Positions 35,812 to 45,477 of a stretch of 64,000 bases of DNA are shown piece after piece. The notes below the pieces were generated by a model that was not told where the DNA came from, did not search any database, and was given only the letters and a program-made list of their open reading frames with translations. Where the stretch lies: contig CAZIPS010000001.1 in NCBI GenBank assembly GCA_964541455.1, positions 1,709 through 65,708 of the forward strand, in the 5' to 3' direction. The position numbers were made by a program, and so were the translations under genes. The DNA is from an uncultured Candidatus Saccharibacteria bacterium. GTDB lineage: Bacteria > Patescibacteriota > Minisyncoccia > Phycocordibacterales > JAKFXT01. Position 1 is the stretch's first letter. The number at the start of each line of letters is the position of its first letter.

Positions 35812-36474
35812 ATGTTAGTAGCCCACACCTTAAACACCATAGAAGGATTAGTACTTGCGTATGGCGCGCTTGGGATTTTTCTTGCCGCGTTTATCGAAGA
35901 AGCTTTTATCCCACTTGCCTCAACGATTGTTATGGTCATGAGTGGTTTCTTTGTTATGGGGGACGCTCCAGTTACGCACCATACGTTCGCTGTGTTTGTT
36001 ACGAACGTCGTACTCCCTGTGTCAGCTGGTTTTACTATGGGGACACTCATTGTGTTCACTCTTTTTTATAGGTATGGAGAGAAGGCGGTAAAGAGGTTCG
36101 GCCGCTTTATTCATTTGCGATGGGCAGAGGTGGAGCGGTTTGAAAGAAGGTTTACGCATAAGATATACGATGAGCTTATTGTTTTTTTCTCTCGTGCCGT
36201 TCCCCTTTTCCCAAGTGCTGTGATCAATGCTTTCTGTGGTCTTATGAAATGGAGCCCGTTGCGTTTCGTGATCATCACCTTTTGCGGCATTATGGTCCGT
36301 TCAGCGGTGTTAGGATATGCGGGGTGGCAGCTTGGGGGGTATTACCGGGCGCACCTTGATAGGGTTACTTTGGTGCAAGATAGAGTGTTTGCCTTTGGGA
36401 TATTGTTCGTTTTTGCTTTTGTTTCGTATCTTTATTTTAAGAAAAAACGCTATATTCGTAGTCCCAGGTCATGA
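35812..36474 (+). CDS. DedA/VTT-family membrane protein
   Basis: FIEE.FIP..S, Y..G...V.RFG, FFSR.VP, F....F.G...R. Confidence 0.8.
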   Translation: MLVAHTLNTIEGLVLAYGALGIFLAAFIEEAFIPLASTIVMVMSGFFVMGDAPVTHHTFAVFVTNVVLPVSAGFTMGTLIVFTLFYRYGEKAVKRFGRFIHLRWAEVERFERRFTHKIYDELIVFFSRAVPLFPSAVINAFCGLMKWSPLRFVIITFCGIMVRSAVLGYAGWQLGGYYRAHLDRVTLVQDRVFAFGILFVFAFVSYLYFKKKRYIRSPRS

Positions 36475-36491
36475 TATAGTTAGATATATCT

Positions 36492-36935
36492 ATGCGACCA
36501 GTGTATAAATTTTTTGATAAGTTAGAGGATCGAGTGCGCGCCAAGCTTGCTCATTATCCAATTGCGTATTCACTTATTGCAGCAACTGCTATTGTTATTT
36601 TCTGGCGTTCTGTTTGGGGGATTGCTGACTACGGTATTTCAAATGATGGTCATGGACTTTCGTATGTGTACTCTCTGATTGTGAGTACGATTGTTCTCCT
36701 TTTGACGGGGCTTTTTACATCATTTTTTGTGGGAGATACGATTCTTATTTCTGGACTTAAAAAAGAAAAGAAGTTGATTGAAAAGACTGAAGATGAAGTT
36801 GATCGAGAGGGGAGTGTGTTGAAGCGTTTACAAAGTAATGTTTCGCGTGAAGAGAGTATTTTGCTTGAAGTCCAGAAAGAGCTCAAGGAGTTACGTGAGG
36901 CGGTATATACTCTGCAACATAAAAACCCCCAATAG
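36492..36935 (+). CDS. hypothetical membrane protein (2 TM plus coiled coil)
   Basis: ORF in operon context with its own -10 element; hydrophobic segments followed by a charged helix. Confidence 0.6.
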   Translation: MRPVYKFFDKLEDRVRAKLAHYPIAYSLIAATAIVIFWRSVWGIADYGISNDGHGLSYVYSLIVSTIVLLLTGLFTSFFVGDTILISGLKKEKKLIEKTEDEVDREGSVLKRLQSNVSREESILLEVQKELKELREAVYTLQHKNPQ

Positions 36936-36940
36936 CCCCT

Positions 36941-37399
36941 ATGTCAACAAAAGCACGAAACACACTACTCATACTTGCAGGAATCATGCTCGGTATTGGC
37001 TTTGCTGATGCATCGTTTCTTTTTTATAAGTATATTACCGCTGATCCTATTAACTGCTTTATTTTTGATGGTTGCAATACAGTAGCAAAAAGTCCTTATG
37101 CGTACGTTTTTGGTATACCACTTCCTGCCTTTGGACTTGTTTTCTATGGAGTGATGCTCGGTATTTTTGGAGCACTTGTTTTTATACGTAGGAATATTGT
37201 AAAGACACTGTTTCTCCTTGGTGGGTTAGTTGGATTTCTTTTCTCACTCTGGTTTGTGTATTTGCAAGGGTTTGTGATTGGAGCATTTTGTATCTATTGC
37301 CTTATTTCAGCTGCAGATTCAGTGGTTATTTTTTGTACCGCCATTATGCTTTTTATGGATAAGCAAGAGACGTTAGGTAAGGTAGATGGAGTATATTAA
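36941..37399 (+). CDS. vitamin K epoxide reductase-family protein (VKOR)
   Basis: C.....C..V..SPYA..FG.P and FCIYC redox motif within 4 TMs. Confidence 0.9.
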   Translation: MSTKARNTLLILAGIMLGIGFADASFLFYKYITADPINCFIFDGCNTVAKSPYAYVFGIPLPAFGLVFYGVMLGIFGALVFIRRNIVKTLFLLGGLVGFLFSLWFVYLQGFVIGAFCIYCLISAADSVVIFCTAIMLFMDKQETLGKVDGVY

Positions 37400-37415
37400 C
37401 AACATATAACAACGT

Positions 37416-37772
37416 ATGGAACCAAAAAAAATCTTAATACATCTTCTAGTTACTACAGGCATTATTTATGCACTTGCAACGTATAACCTAATCCCTGGGA
37501 TTGTGATCGGTGGGTTTTATAGCGCACTTGTGGTCGCTAGTCTTATGGGGCTTTTAAGTGTAGCTGCGCGCACATTTCTCGTAACCTTTCATGTGCCAGT
37601 AATTTTGCTGACACTTTGGGTGTTTGCGCTTGTGTTAAATACAGCAGTGCTTTGGTTTATAAGTAAGTTTATGGACCCCTCACAGTTTCAAGTGGAGAGT
37701 CTACTCGCTGCTTTTTTGGCGGCACTTGTAGTTTCGCTTGCACAGTCAGTGGTCCATAAAATTACTTCTTAA
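37416..37772 (+). CDS. YvlD/'phage holin 4'-family membrane protein, divergent paralog
   Basis: PGI...F.SAL, P..LLTL, F.V.S...AFL. Confidence 0.7.
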   Translation: MEPKKILIHLLVTTGIIYALATYNLIPGIVIGGFYSALVVASLMGLLSVAARTFLVTFHVPVILLTLWVFALVLNTAVLWFISKFMDPSQFQVESLLAAFLAALVVSLAQSVVHKITS

Positions 37773-37789
37773 AAACTAATTTTTAAACA

Positions 37790-38128
37790 ATGAAAATTAT
37801 TTTACGCCTGCTTACTATCGCATTTGCAATTTTTGTTATTGCACAGTTTCATCTTGTATCAGGGATCGCCGTTTCCGGGTTCGGTACCGCCCTCCTTGTT
37901 GCTTTTGTGCTCGGTATACTGAATCTTATTATTCGTCCAATATTGTTATTGCTCACGCTTCCGCTCACTCTCCTTACCCTCGGTCTTTTTACTTTAGTAA
38001 TTAATGCGCTTCTTTTTTGGCTTGTGGCTTTTATGGTAAAGGGGTTCACAGTTTCCGGCTTTATTCCAGCATTTATTGGAGCGTTTATAATTGCCATTGT
38101 GAGCGCTCTTGCGCATAAAATTTTCTAG
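37790..38128 (+). CDS. YvlD/'phage holin 4'-family membrane protein
   Basis: LGILN.IIRPIL.LLTLP...LTLGLF.LVINA, GF.V.GF..AF.GA. Confidence 0.88.
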   Translation: MKIILRLLTIAFAIFVIAQFHLVSGIAVSGFGTALLVAFVLGILNLIIRPILLLLTLPLTLLTLGLFTLVINALLFWLVAFMVKGFTVSGFIPAFIGAFIIAIVSALAHKIF

Positions 38129-38196
38129 AACAAAAGCACTGTTCTTGAGTTAACGTGTGTTTTAAGGTAAGGTGACAACACTTACGTTTTTATCTT

Positions 38197-39165
38197 ATGG
38201 CGTTTATTGATGAAATAAAGCTCCATCTTAAGTCCGGCCGCGGAGGCGATGGGGTAGTTCGTTGGCGCCATGAAAAGGGGATACAGCTTGGGGGGCCATC
38301 AGGAGGCAATGGAAATAAGGGAGGAGATGTCTATGCGGTTGGGGTACGCGATTTGGGACTTCTTGTTCGTTATCGTAATGTGAAAGAATTGTCCGCCAAA
38401 GACGGCGAACCAGGTTCAAAAAATAAACAACAAGGTGCACAAGGTGAAGATCTTCTTCTTGAGGTACCACTAGGTTCACTTATAAAAAACCTCGACACAC
38501 AAAGGACTGTTGAAATACTTGATGAGGGGCAAAAGGAAATACTGCTTCACGGGGGCAGGGGGGGGCTTGGGAATGATCATTTTAAAAGTTCAGTGAATCG
38601 TTCTCCTACTGAATGGACACCGGGAGAGAAAGGAGAAGAAGGTAATTTTAGTATTGAATTGCGCTTAATTGCAGATGCTGGGCTTATAGGACTGCCTAAT
38701 GCAGGGAAATCAAGTTTGCTTAACGCACTCACTAACGCTAAGGCGAAAATCGGGAGCTATCAATTTACAACACTTGAGCCAAATTTGGGGAGTCTTTATG
38801 GACTTATTCTTGCTGATATTCCAGGCCTCATTGAAGGAGCAAGTGAGGGGAAGGGACTTGGGCACAAATTCCTCCGTCATATTACACGTACACACGTCCT
38901 CCTTCATTGTATTTCGCTTGAAAATGAAGATATTAGCGGAACGTATAACACTGTAAGGGAAGAGCTGCGTAAGTATTCTCCAGAACTTATCGATAAAGAG
39001 GAGGTTATTATTCTCACCAAAACAGATATGGTGTCCCAGGCGGTTGTTAAAGAAAAAGTAAAAGAAGCCAAAACATTAGTGAAAAAAGTTTACACTGTAT
39101 CGGTGCTTGATGATGCGTCAGTTAAAGCGCTTAGCGAAGACATAACAAAGCTCCTTAAGGGGTAG
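38197..39165 (+). CDS. obgE: Obg/CgtA GTPase
   Basis: Gly-rich Obg domain, GLPNAGKS, YQFTTLEP, DIPGLIEGA..G.GLG..FLRH, TKTD. Confidence 0.97.
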   Translation: MAFIDEIKLHLKSGRGGDGVVRWRHEKGIQLGGPSGGNGNKGGDVYAVGVRDLGLLVRYRNVKELSAKDGEPGSKNKQQGAQGEDLLLEVPLGSLIKNLDTQRTVEILDEGQKEILLHGGRGGLGNDHFKSSVNRSPTEWTPGEKGEEGNFSIELRLIADAGLIGLPNAGKSSLLNALTNAKAKIGSYQFTTLEPNLGSLYGLILADIPGLIEGASEGKGLGHKFLRHITRTHVLLHCISLENEDISGTYNTVREELRKYSPELIDKEEVIILTKTDMVSQAVVKEKVKEAKTLVKKVYTVSVLDDASVKALSEDITKLLKG

Positions 39166-39206
39166 TCTTCAGTATTTGAACAGTTTTCTGTATAATCCTG
39201 TTACTT

Positions 39207-40613
39207 ATGAGTAAGTATATTCCGACAATTGGCCTTGAGATCCATGCGGAGCTTAAAACGCAGACTAAAATGTTCTGCAATAGCCGAAACGATCCTGATG
39301 AGAGGGAGCCTAATGTGCACATATGCCCTGTGTGTATGGCTCACCCTGGAACGCTCCCTGTTATTAATAAGGAGGCAGTGAAGCATGTGCTTAAGGTGGG
39401 AACAGCGATTAACGGAACACTTGCTGATTTTACTGAATTTGATCGTAAGAACTATTTTTATCCTGATATTCCTAAGGGGTATCAAATTAGCCAATATAAG
39501 TATCCCCTTGTTTCAGGAGGGAGCCTTGCTGATGTGTTAATAACACGGGTACATCTTGAGGAGGATACTGCTCGTTCAAGCCACGATCAGGGGGACTTTA
39601 GTCTTGTTGATTATAATCGTGCGGGCGTGCCGCTTATGGAACTGGTTACTGAACCAGTGATTCATGACGCTGAAACCGCGGTGCGTTTTGCAAAAGAGTT
39701 GCAACTACTCCTTCGTTATTTGGGTGCTGGAGAAGCTAATATGGAAAAGGGACAAATGCGCGTTGAGGTGAATATTTCAATAGCAGAAGAGGGAAAGCGT
39801 GGCACTAAGGCAGAAATAAAAAATATCAATTCGTTCCGTGCTGTGGCAGGGGCTATTGCGTACGAAATAGCCAGACAAAGTGAGCTTCTTGATAGGGGAG
39901 AAAAAGTGCTTCAAGAAACACGAGGGTGGGATGAAACGAAACAAAAAACATTTAGCCAGCGTATCAAAGAGAATTCAAATGATTATCGCTATTTCCCTGA
40001 CCCTGATTTGCCAAAGCTTTACATAAGCCAGATTCCAGAGTTTGCTCCAGAAAAACTCAGGGCTGAAATCAAAGAACTTCCATGGGAGCGTCGTCTGCGT
40101 TATCAAAAGCAGGGGCTTAAACAGGAGGACGTTGAGATGTATGTGCAAAGCGAGCGTTATGGAGCCTTTTTTGATGAAGTAGCAAAGATTGTTGATAATG
40201 ATGAAAAACTTGTATTACTTGCTTCAAACTACATAAGCTCTGATATAGCTGGGTTAACAAAAAATACCGGAAAGGATTTTGCTATGACTCCCGAGCATTT
40301 TGCTACGCTTATGCGTATGACGGCGGAAAACAAAATCTCCTCACGTGGGGCGAAAGATCTGCTCGCTCTTTTGTTTGAAGTAGATGCTGACCCAGAAAAA
40401 CTGGCCGAAGAGCGAGGGTTGTTACAAAAAAGTGATCCTGAAGCGCTAAAAAAGATTGCACAAGAAGTGATTGCAGAAAACGAAACAGCAGTTACTGAAT
40501 ATAAAAATGGAAAAGCCTCGTCCCTTCAGTTTTTGGTAGGACAAGGTATGAAAAAGAGTAAGGGAAGCGCCAATCCAGCACTTTTGCGTGAGGCGTTAGA
40601 ATCACTCATGTAA
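39207..40613 (+). CDS. gatB: Asp/Glu-tRNA amidotransferase subunit B
   Basis: IGLEIHAEL, FDRKNYFYPD.PKGYQISQ, HLEED, DYRYFPDPDL. Confidence 0.97.
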   Translation: MSKYIPTIGLEIHAELKTQTKMFCNSRNDPDEREPNVHICPVCMAHPGTLPVINKEAVKHVLKVGTAINGTLADFTEFDRKNYFYPDIPKGYQISQYKYPLVSGGSLADVLITRVHLEEDTARSSHDQGDFSLVDYNRAGVPLMELVTEPVIHDAETAVRFAKELQLLLRYLGAGEANMEKGQMRVEVNISIAEEGKRGTKAEIKNINSFRAVAGAIAYEIARQSELLDRGEKVLQETRGWDETKQKTFSQRIKENSNDYRYFPDPDLPKLYISQIPEFAPEKLRAEIKELPWERRLRYQKQGLKQEDVEMYVQSERYGAFFDEVAKIVDNDEKLVLLASNYISSDIAGLTKNTGKDFAMTPEHFATLMRMTAENKISSRGAKDLLALLFEVDADPEKLAEERGLLQKSDPEALKKIAQEVIAENETAVTEYKNGKASSLQFLVGQGMKKSKGSANPALLREALESLM

Positions 40614-40710
40614 CCTTTCCTTTTAGGTATTTGGTAAGTTTCTTTCGCTAGAAAGATGACTTTCTGCTTGCTATACTTACATGACTTACTATCAGTAATG
40701 ATTATTTTTT

Positions 40711-41742
40711 ATGGCAATCAAAGTTGCGATTAATGGATTTGGAAGAATTGGACGCGCGTTTTTCAAAATTGCAAGTACACGCTCAGAACTTGAAATTGTT
40801 GCTATCAATGATTTAGGAGATGTAGAGAACTTAGCGTACCTACTTAAATACGACACGGTGTATGGGAGAAGTGGGTTCGATATCAGTACAGAAAAAGGGG
40901 ATCAGTCTTTCTTTATTGTTAACGGAAGAAAAATTGCATTTATAAGCCAGAAGGAACCAACAATGCTTCCGTGGGGGGCAATGGGCGTTGATATTGTAGT
41001 TGAATCGACGGGTCTTTTTACGAGCTATGAAAAATCAAAAGTGCATCTTGCGGCGGGAGCCAAGCGCGTGGTTATTACCGCTCCTGTTAAAGATGATCCA
41101 ACAGCGGATGCTCCGGGTGCAACAGTGCTTATGGGGATTAATGACAGTGCCCTTACTGATGTTAAAATCAGTTCTAATGCATCCTGCACCACTAACTCTG
41201 CAAGCCCAGTGATGCAGATACTCCACGAAGCAATCGGTATCGAAAAAGCAGTACTTTCAACAGTACACGGGTATACGGCAAGTCAATCAATCGTTGATGG
41301 GCCTGCGAAGAAGGATTGGAAAGAGGGGAGGGCTGCCGCACAAAACATAGTTCCAACTTCAACAGGGGCTGCTATTGCGGTAGCTAAGGCGCTCCCTGAT
41401 CTACTTGGGAAGTTTGATGGTATTTCGATGCGTGTCCCCATCCCAGCGGGGTCTATTGCCGATATTACTTTTATTGCAAAACGCAATACGAGCGTGGAAG
41501 AAATTAACGAGCTTTTTAGAAAGGCAGCAGGGGAAGAGCGTTGGAAGAAGGTGTTTTCATACACAGATGAGCCACTCGTTTCTTCTGATATTGTAGGAAG
41601 TATCTATGCGTCAATTGCGGATTTAGGACTTACGCGGGTGATTGATGGGAACTTAGTAAAAGTATGTGCCTGGTATGATAATGAAATGGGCTATACACAT
41701 GCGCTTGTCGAACATGTCGTTGCTGCAAGTAAGTATCTATAA
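40711..41742 (+). CDS. gap: type I glyceraldehyde-3-phosphate dehydrogenase
   Basis: INGFGRIGR, SNASCTTN, PTSTGAA, WYDNE.GY. Confidence 0.97.
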   Translation: MAIKVAINGFGRIGRAFFKIASTRSELEIVAINDLGDVENLAYLLKYDTVYGRSGFDISTEKGDQSFFIVNGRKIAFISQKEPTMLPWGAMGVDIVVESTGLFTSYEKSKVHLAAGAKRVVITAPVKDDPTADAPGATVLMGINDSALTDVKISSNASCTTNSASPVMQILHEAIGIEKAVLSTVHGYTASQSIVDGPAKKDWKEGRAAAQNIVPTSTGAAIAVAKALPDLLGKFDGISMRVPIPAGSIADITFIAKRNTSVEEINELFRKAAGEERWKKVFSYTDEPLVSSDIVGSIYASIADLGLTRVIDGNLVKVCAWYDNEMGYTHALVEHVVAASKYL

Positions 41743-41759
41743 ATCTTTATTGTAAAACT

Positions 41760-42101
41760 ATGGTATTTGATCAAGCACCACATCCTGAAGGGAAGATCTT
41801 TGCGAAACTTGACTGCAGTGAGCAACTTGCAAAAGCAACAAGTCTTCAGGATATGTATGAAGTATTACGAAGTTATCAGTACGTAGTGGGGGACGGTGGG
41901 GAAGTGATTGAGGTAGCATCACTTATTGAAACACTCGAGAAGGTGGCACCAGCTATTTTGAATTTAAAAAGTAATGAGGAGTTTGTGCAAAACTATGGAA
42001 TCTATAGGCAGGCAATAACTGATAATGGGGGCATCTTTACGCACTATATTCGGTTACTAGGAGAGATGACAGGCCGAGTATTTGAAATTCCTTCAGCATA
42101 A
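41760..42101 (+). CDS. hypothetical protein
   Basis: 113-aa ORF filling the gap-rpiB interval on the same strand. Confidence 0.6.
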   Translation: MVFDQAPHPEGKIFAKLDCSEQLAKATSLQDMYEVLRSYQYVVGDGGEVIEVASLIETLEKVAPAILNLKSNEEFVQNYGIYRQAITDNGGIFTHYIRLLGEMTGRVFEIPSA

Positions 42102-42105
42102 AAAT

Positions 42106-42558
42106 ATGGCATTTACAGTATACGTAGCGTCAGATCATGCAGGTTTTGAATTAAAGAATCACTTAGCAGACTATGTAAAGTCACTTGGTTTTACCGTAGT
42201 TGATAAGGGGCCTTTTTCTCTTGATCCACAAGACGATTATCCTGATTATGTGCGACTTGTGGCAGAAGAAGTATTGCGTGATCCTGATGCGACGCGTGGC
42301 ATCATCCTTGGGGGATCGGGCCAGGGAGAGGCTATGGTAGTGAATCGTTATAAGGGAATACGGGCAACGGTATATTATGGAGGAACAGAAGAAATCATCC
42401 GCCTTTCTCGTGAGCACAATAATGCAAACATACTCTCGCTTGGCGCCCGCTTTTTAAATGAGCTCGAAGCAGAAAGTGCTGTCAAAATGTGGCTTGAACT
42501 CCCTTTTAGCAAAGACGAGCGTCATGTTCGAAGAATTGAAAAAATAGATGCACAATAA
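42106..42558 (+). CDS. rpiB: ribose-5-phosphate isomerase B
   Basis: SDHAG..LK, DYPD, GGSGQGE (Glu-type), REHNNAN, RH.RRI. ATG 42106 preferred. Confidence 0.92.
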   Translation: MAFTVYVASDHAGFELKNHLADYVKSLGFTVVDKGPFSLDPQDDYPDYVRLVAEEVLRDPDATRGIILGGSGQGEAMVVNRYKGIRATVYYGGTEEIIRLSREHNNANILSLGARFLNELEAESAVKMWLELPFSKDERHVRRIEKIDAQ

Positions 42559-43255
42559 TTCAATCGAAATTATTCCAGCGGTCATGCCTCAAAGTTGGGC
42601 AGATATCGAAACGCACGCAGCAGATGTGTCCTCATATGTTGAGCATATACAGCTTGATATTATGGATGGAAAGTTTGTAAAAGAAAAAACATGGCCGTAT
42701 AAAAACGATGAGGGAGAACTGAATCGCGTTATTGCTGAAGAGTTCGGGCTTCCAGAATGGGAAAAGGTGAATTATGAAATAGATCTAATGGTAAGTACTC
42801 CGGATAAAGATGCGCTTACGTGGATTAAAGCTGGAGCCACACGAGTAATACTGCATATTGAAAGCAGTACGACGATTCTCGAAACAATTAAAAAAATTCG
42901 TAGTGAATACGGCACAAAGGAAACTATGGCACTCGCTCCCGAGATTGGCGTGGCAATTGATGTGGCAACACCCCTTAAGGAGCTTGATGTATACATTCCT
43001 CATGTTGATTTTGTGCAGCATATGGGTATTGCTCATATTGGATATCAAGGTGAACCTTTTGCCGAAGAAACATTGTCCCGAGTTAAAACATTGAAGGAGA
43101 AGTATCCGAACCTTATAATCAGTATTGATGGGGCTGTTAACGATGTGTCAGCTCCCAAACTTATTGCTGCTGGTGCTACAAGGTTAGTGTCAGGATCTTA
43201 CTTACTCAAGGCCCCGGACCTCAAAGAAGCAATAGAAACGCTTCAAGGTGTATAG
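42548..43255 (+). CDS. rpe: ribulose-phosphate 3-epimerase
   Basis: Q.DIMDGKFV, DLMV..P, H.E, G.QG..F, IDGAVN, GA..LVSGS. Confidence 0.85.
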   Translation: MHNNSIEIIPAVMPQSWADIETHAADVSSYVEHIQLDIMDGKFVKEKTWPYKNDEGELNRVIAEEFGLPEWEKVNYEIDLMVSTPDKDALTWIKAGATRVILHIESSTTILETIKKIRSEYGTKETMALAPEIGVAIDVATPLKELDVYIPHVDFVQHMGIAHIGYQGEPFAEETLSRVKTLKEKYPNLIISIDGAVNDVSAPKLIAAGATRLVSGSYLLKAPDLKEAIETLQGV

Positions 43256-43259
43256 GAAT

Positions 43260-44129
43260 ATGAATTATTTAGCTGATGAAAAAATAGAAGAGATAGCGCT
43301 TAAGGCGAATTCGATTCGCGAGTCGATTATTGAAATGCTTCTTGAGGCAGGTTCAGGCCATACTGCGGGGCCTTTGGGGATGGCAGATATATTCGCAACG
43401 CTCTATTTTCATATACTGCGTCATGATCCCAAAAACCCAAGTTGGGAGAAAAGAGATCGTGTTATTTTAAGTAATGGTCACATTTGTCCCGTGCTCTACG
43501 CTACTATGGCACATGCTGGGTATTTTCCAGTTTCTGAACTCAAGACGCTTCGCAAGTTTGGTTCGCGACTTCAGGGACACCCGCATAAAGAAGCGCTTCC
43601 CGGTCTTGAATCATCCTCAGGGCCACTAGGATCTGGACTTTCTCAGGCTGTTGGGATGGCACTTGCTGATCGTATAGATTTTGGAAGAGCAACAGAAAAG
43701 TTTTTCTACTGTTTTATGGGAGACGGTGAGCTTGATGAGGGGCAAAACTGGGAAGCGATTATGCTTGCCGGAAAGGAGAAACTTCATAATATTATCGCTA
43801 TTGTTGACCGCAATAATATTCAAATAGATGGTTTTACAGAGGACGTGATGCCTCTTGAGTCACTGCGAGCAAAATGGGAGTCATTTAATTGGCATGTTGA
43901 AGAAATTGACGGACACAACGTCACTGCGATTAATGAAGCAATCGGAGAAGCACAATCAGTGTTTGAGAAGCCATCAGTAATTATTGCACACACCATTCCC
44001 GGTAAAGGAGTAGCTGAGTTTGAACATCGTCCTGAGTGGCACGGTAAACCACCAAAGAAGGAAGAGGCCGAAATGGCCCTCCGGGAACTACGAACACTTG
44101 GTGGGAAAATTAAGGCAGAGCATGAGTAA
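43260..44129 (+). CDS. transketolase N-terminal (TPP-binding) subunit
   Basis: GSGH, RDR.ILSNGH, LQGHP, GPLGSGL, GDGE..EGQ.WE, HG. Confidence 0.93.
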   Translation: MNYLADEKIEEIALKANSIRESIIEMLLEAGSGHTAGPLGMADIFATLYFHILRHDPKNPSWEKRDRVILSNGHICPVLYATMAHAGYFPVSELKTLRKFGSRLQGHPHKEALPGLESSSGPLGSGLSQAVGMALADRIDFGRATEKFFYCFMGDGELDEGQNWEAIMLAGKEKLHNIIAIVDRNNIQIDGFTEDVMPLESLRAKWESFNWHVEEIDGHNVTAINEAIGEAQSVFEKPSVIIAHTIPGKGVAEFEHRPEWHGKPPKKEEAEMALRELRTLGGKIKAEHE

Positions 44130-44130
44130 T

Positions 44131-44427
44131 ATGAAATTAAGCGAACCTATTAAACCGTTATTGTTACTGCAGGGAGTGTTGATCCTAGAACTACTCTTTG
44201 TAGGTATTCTTTATTTTAAGAAAACATCGGGAGGCAATGGAGCAGCACTTGGTATTGGTTTGTTATATTTTTCTCCGGTTTTTCTCTATACCTCATTAAG
44301 ATATCTTTTTACTTTTTATAAAACCAAACAACAGGGAGGGGTCACTTTTTTTGATAAACTGTTTCTCATACTGGCACTTGTTTTCTTGGTGATAGTTCTT
44401 GTATTACTTGGTAAACTATTTGTGTAA
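44131..44427 (+). CDS. small 3-TM membrane protein between the transketolase halves
   Basis: ATG 1 nt after the tktN stop; three hydrophobic segments; AT-rich. Confidence 0.6.
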   Translation: MKLSEPIKPLLLLQGVLILELLFVGILYFKKTSGGNGAALGIGLLYFSPVFLYTSLRYLFTFYKTKQQGGVTFFDKLFLILALVFLVIVLVLLGKLFV

Positions 44428-44433
44428 AAAGTT

Positions 44434-45414
44434 ATGCTCATTTCTACGTTAAATCAAAAGGTGTTCGATAAAGATGTGGAGCAGTTGCCTATCCGCAAAG
44501 GTTTTGGAGAAGGCCTTGTTGACGCTGGGAAAAATGACGAGAGAATAGTGGGACTTTGTGCTGATCTTACAGAGTCGACGACCATGCATCTTTTTAAAAA
44601 AGAGTTTCCTAACCGTTTTGTGGAGATTGGCATTGCTGAGCAGAACTTAGCTTCAGTTGCGTCCGGTATGGCGGCAATGGGGAAAATAGCTTTTGTTTCT
44701 TCTTACGCTATGTTTAGTCCTGGGCGTAATTGGGAGCAAATCCGTACTACTGTTTGCTATAACAACAGTAATGTCAAAATTGCAGGCAGTCACGCGGGAG
44801 TGTCAGTTGGACCAGATGGGGCAACACACCAAGCGGTTGAAGATATGGCCATAACAAGGGTGCTCCCTAACATGATAGTGGTGTCACCTTGCGATATGCT
44901 CGAGGCGAAGAAGGCAACGCTTGCGCTAGCTCAATTACCAAGTCCAGCCTATCTTCGTCTTGCGCGTGAGCCAACTCCAGTCATGACTACTCCTGAAACA
45001 CCGTTTCAGATTGGGAAAGCGCAGGTTTTCTGGGATTCTGAAAATCCAAAGGCAACTATTATCGCAACGGGGGCACTTGTTCATAAGGCTCTAGTTGCTG
45101 CAAAAGAACTAGAGAAAGAGGGAACAGAAGTAGTGGTAGTGAACCTTTCAACTATAAAGCCACTTGATACCCAAACGATTCTTCGTGAGGTCCAAAGATC
45201 AGGACGAGTGGTGACTGTGGAGGAGCATCAAATTGCGGGAGGTATGGGAAGCGCAGTTGCAGAATATCTTTCGAAGGTGTATCCAGTACCGATTGAGTAT
45301 ATAGGAGTACAAGATGAATTTGGTCAGTCTGGAACCCCAGAGGAACTCATCGAACATTATGGTATGGGGGTAAGTCACATTAAGGCGGCAGTGGGGAAGG
45401 TGATAAAAAGATAG
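44434..45414 (+). CDS. transketolase C-terminal subunit
   Basis: ADL..ST, GIAEQN, EQIR, GPDGATHQ..ED, IKPLD, EEH...GG.GS. Confidence 0.93.
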   Translation: MLISTLNQKVFDKDVEQLPIRKGFGEGLVDAGKNDERIVGLCADLTESTTMHLFKKEFPNRFVEIGIAEQNLASVASGMAAMGKIAFVSSYAMFSPGRNWEQIRTTVCYNNSNVKIAGSHAGVSVGPDGATHQAVEDMAITRVLPNMIVVSPCDMLEAKKATLALAQLPSPAYLRLAREPTPVMTTPETPFQIGKAQVFWDSENPKATIIATGALVHKALVAAKELEKEGTEVVVVNLSTIKPLDTQTILREVQRSGRVVTVEEHQIAGGMGSAVAEYLSKVYPVPIEYIGVQDEFGQSGTPEELIEHYGMGVSHIKAAVGKVIKR

Positions 45415-45436
45415 TATTTAAAATTCGATAATGATT

Positions 45437-45474
45437 GAAAACAAAAAACTCCCTTAAGGGAGTTTTTTGTTTTC
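45437..45474. terminator. bidirectional terminator (perfect 38-bp palindrome)
   Basis: GAAAACAAAAAACTCCCTT|AAGGGAGTTTTTTGTTTTC between convergent tktC and pfkB. Confidence 0.85.
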
Positions 45475-45477
45475 TTG

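Noticed and set aside
37416-38128. Prophage inferred from 'phage holin' family genes
   Set aside because: The YvlD family is a common chromosomal membrane family, and no phage structural, lysin or integrase genes are nearby.
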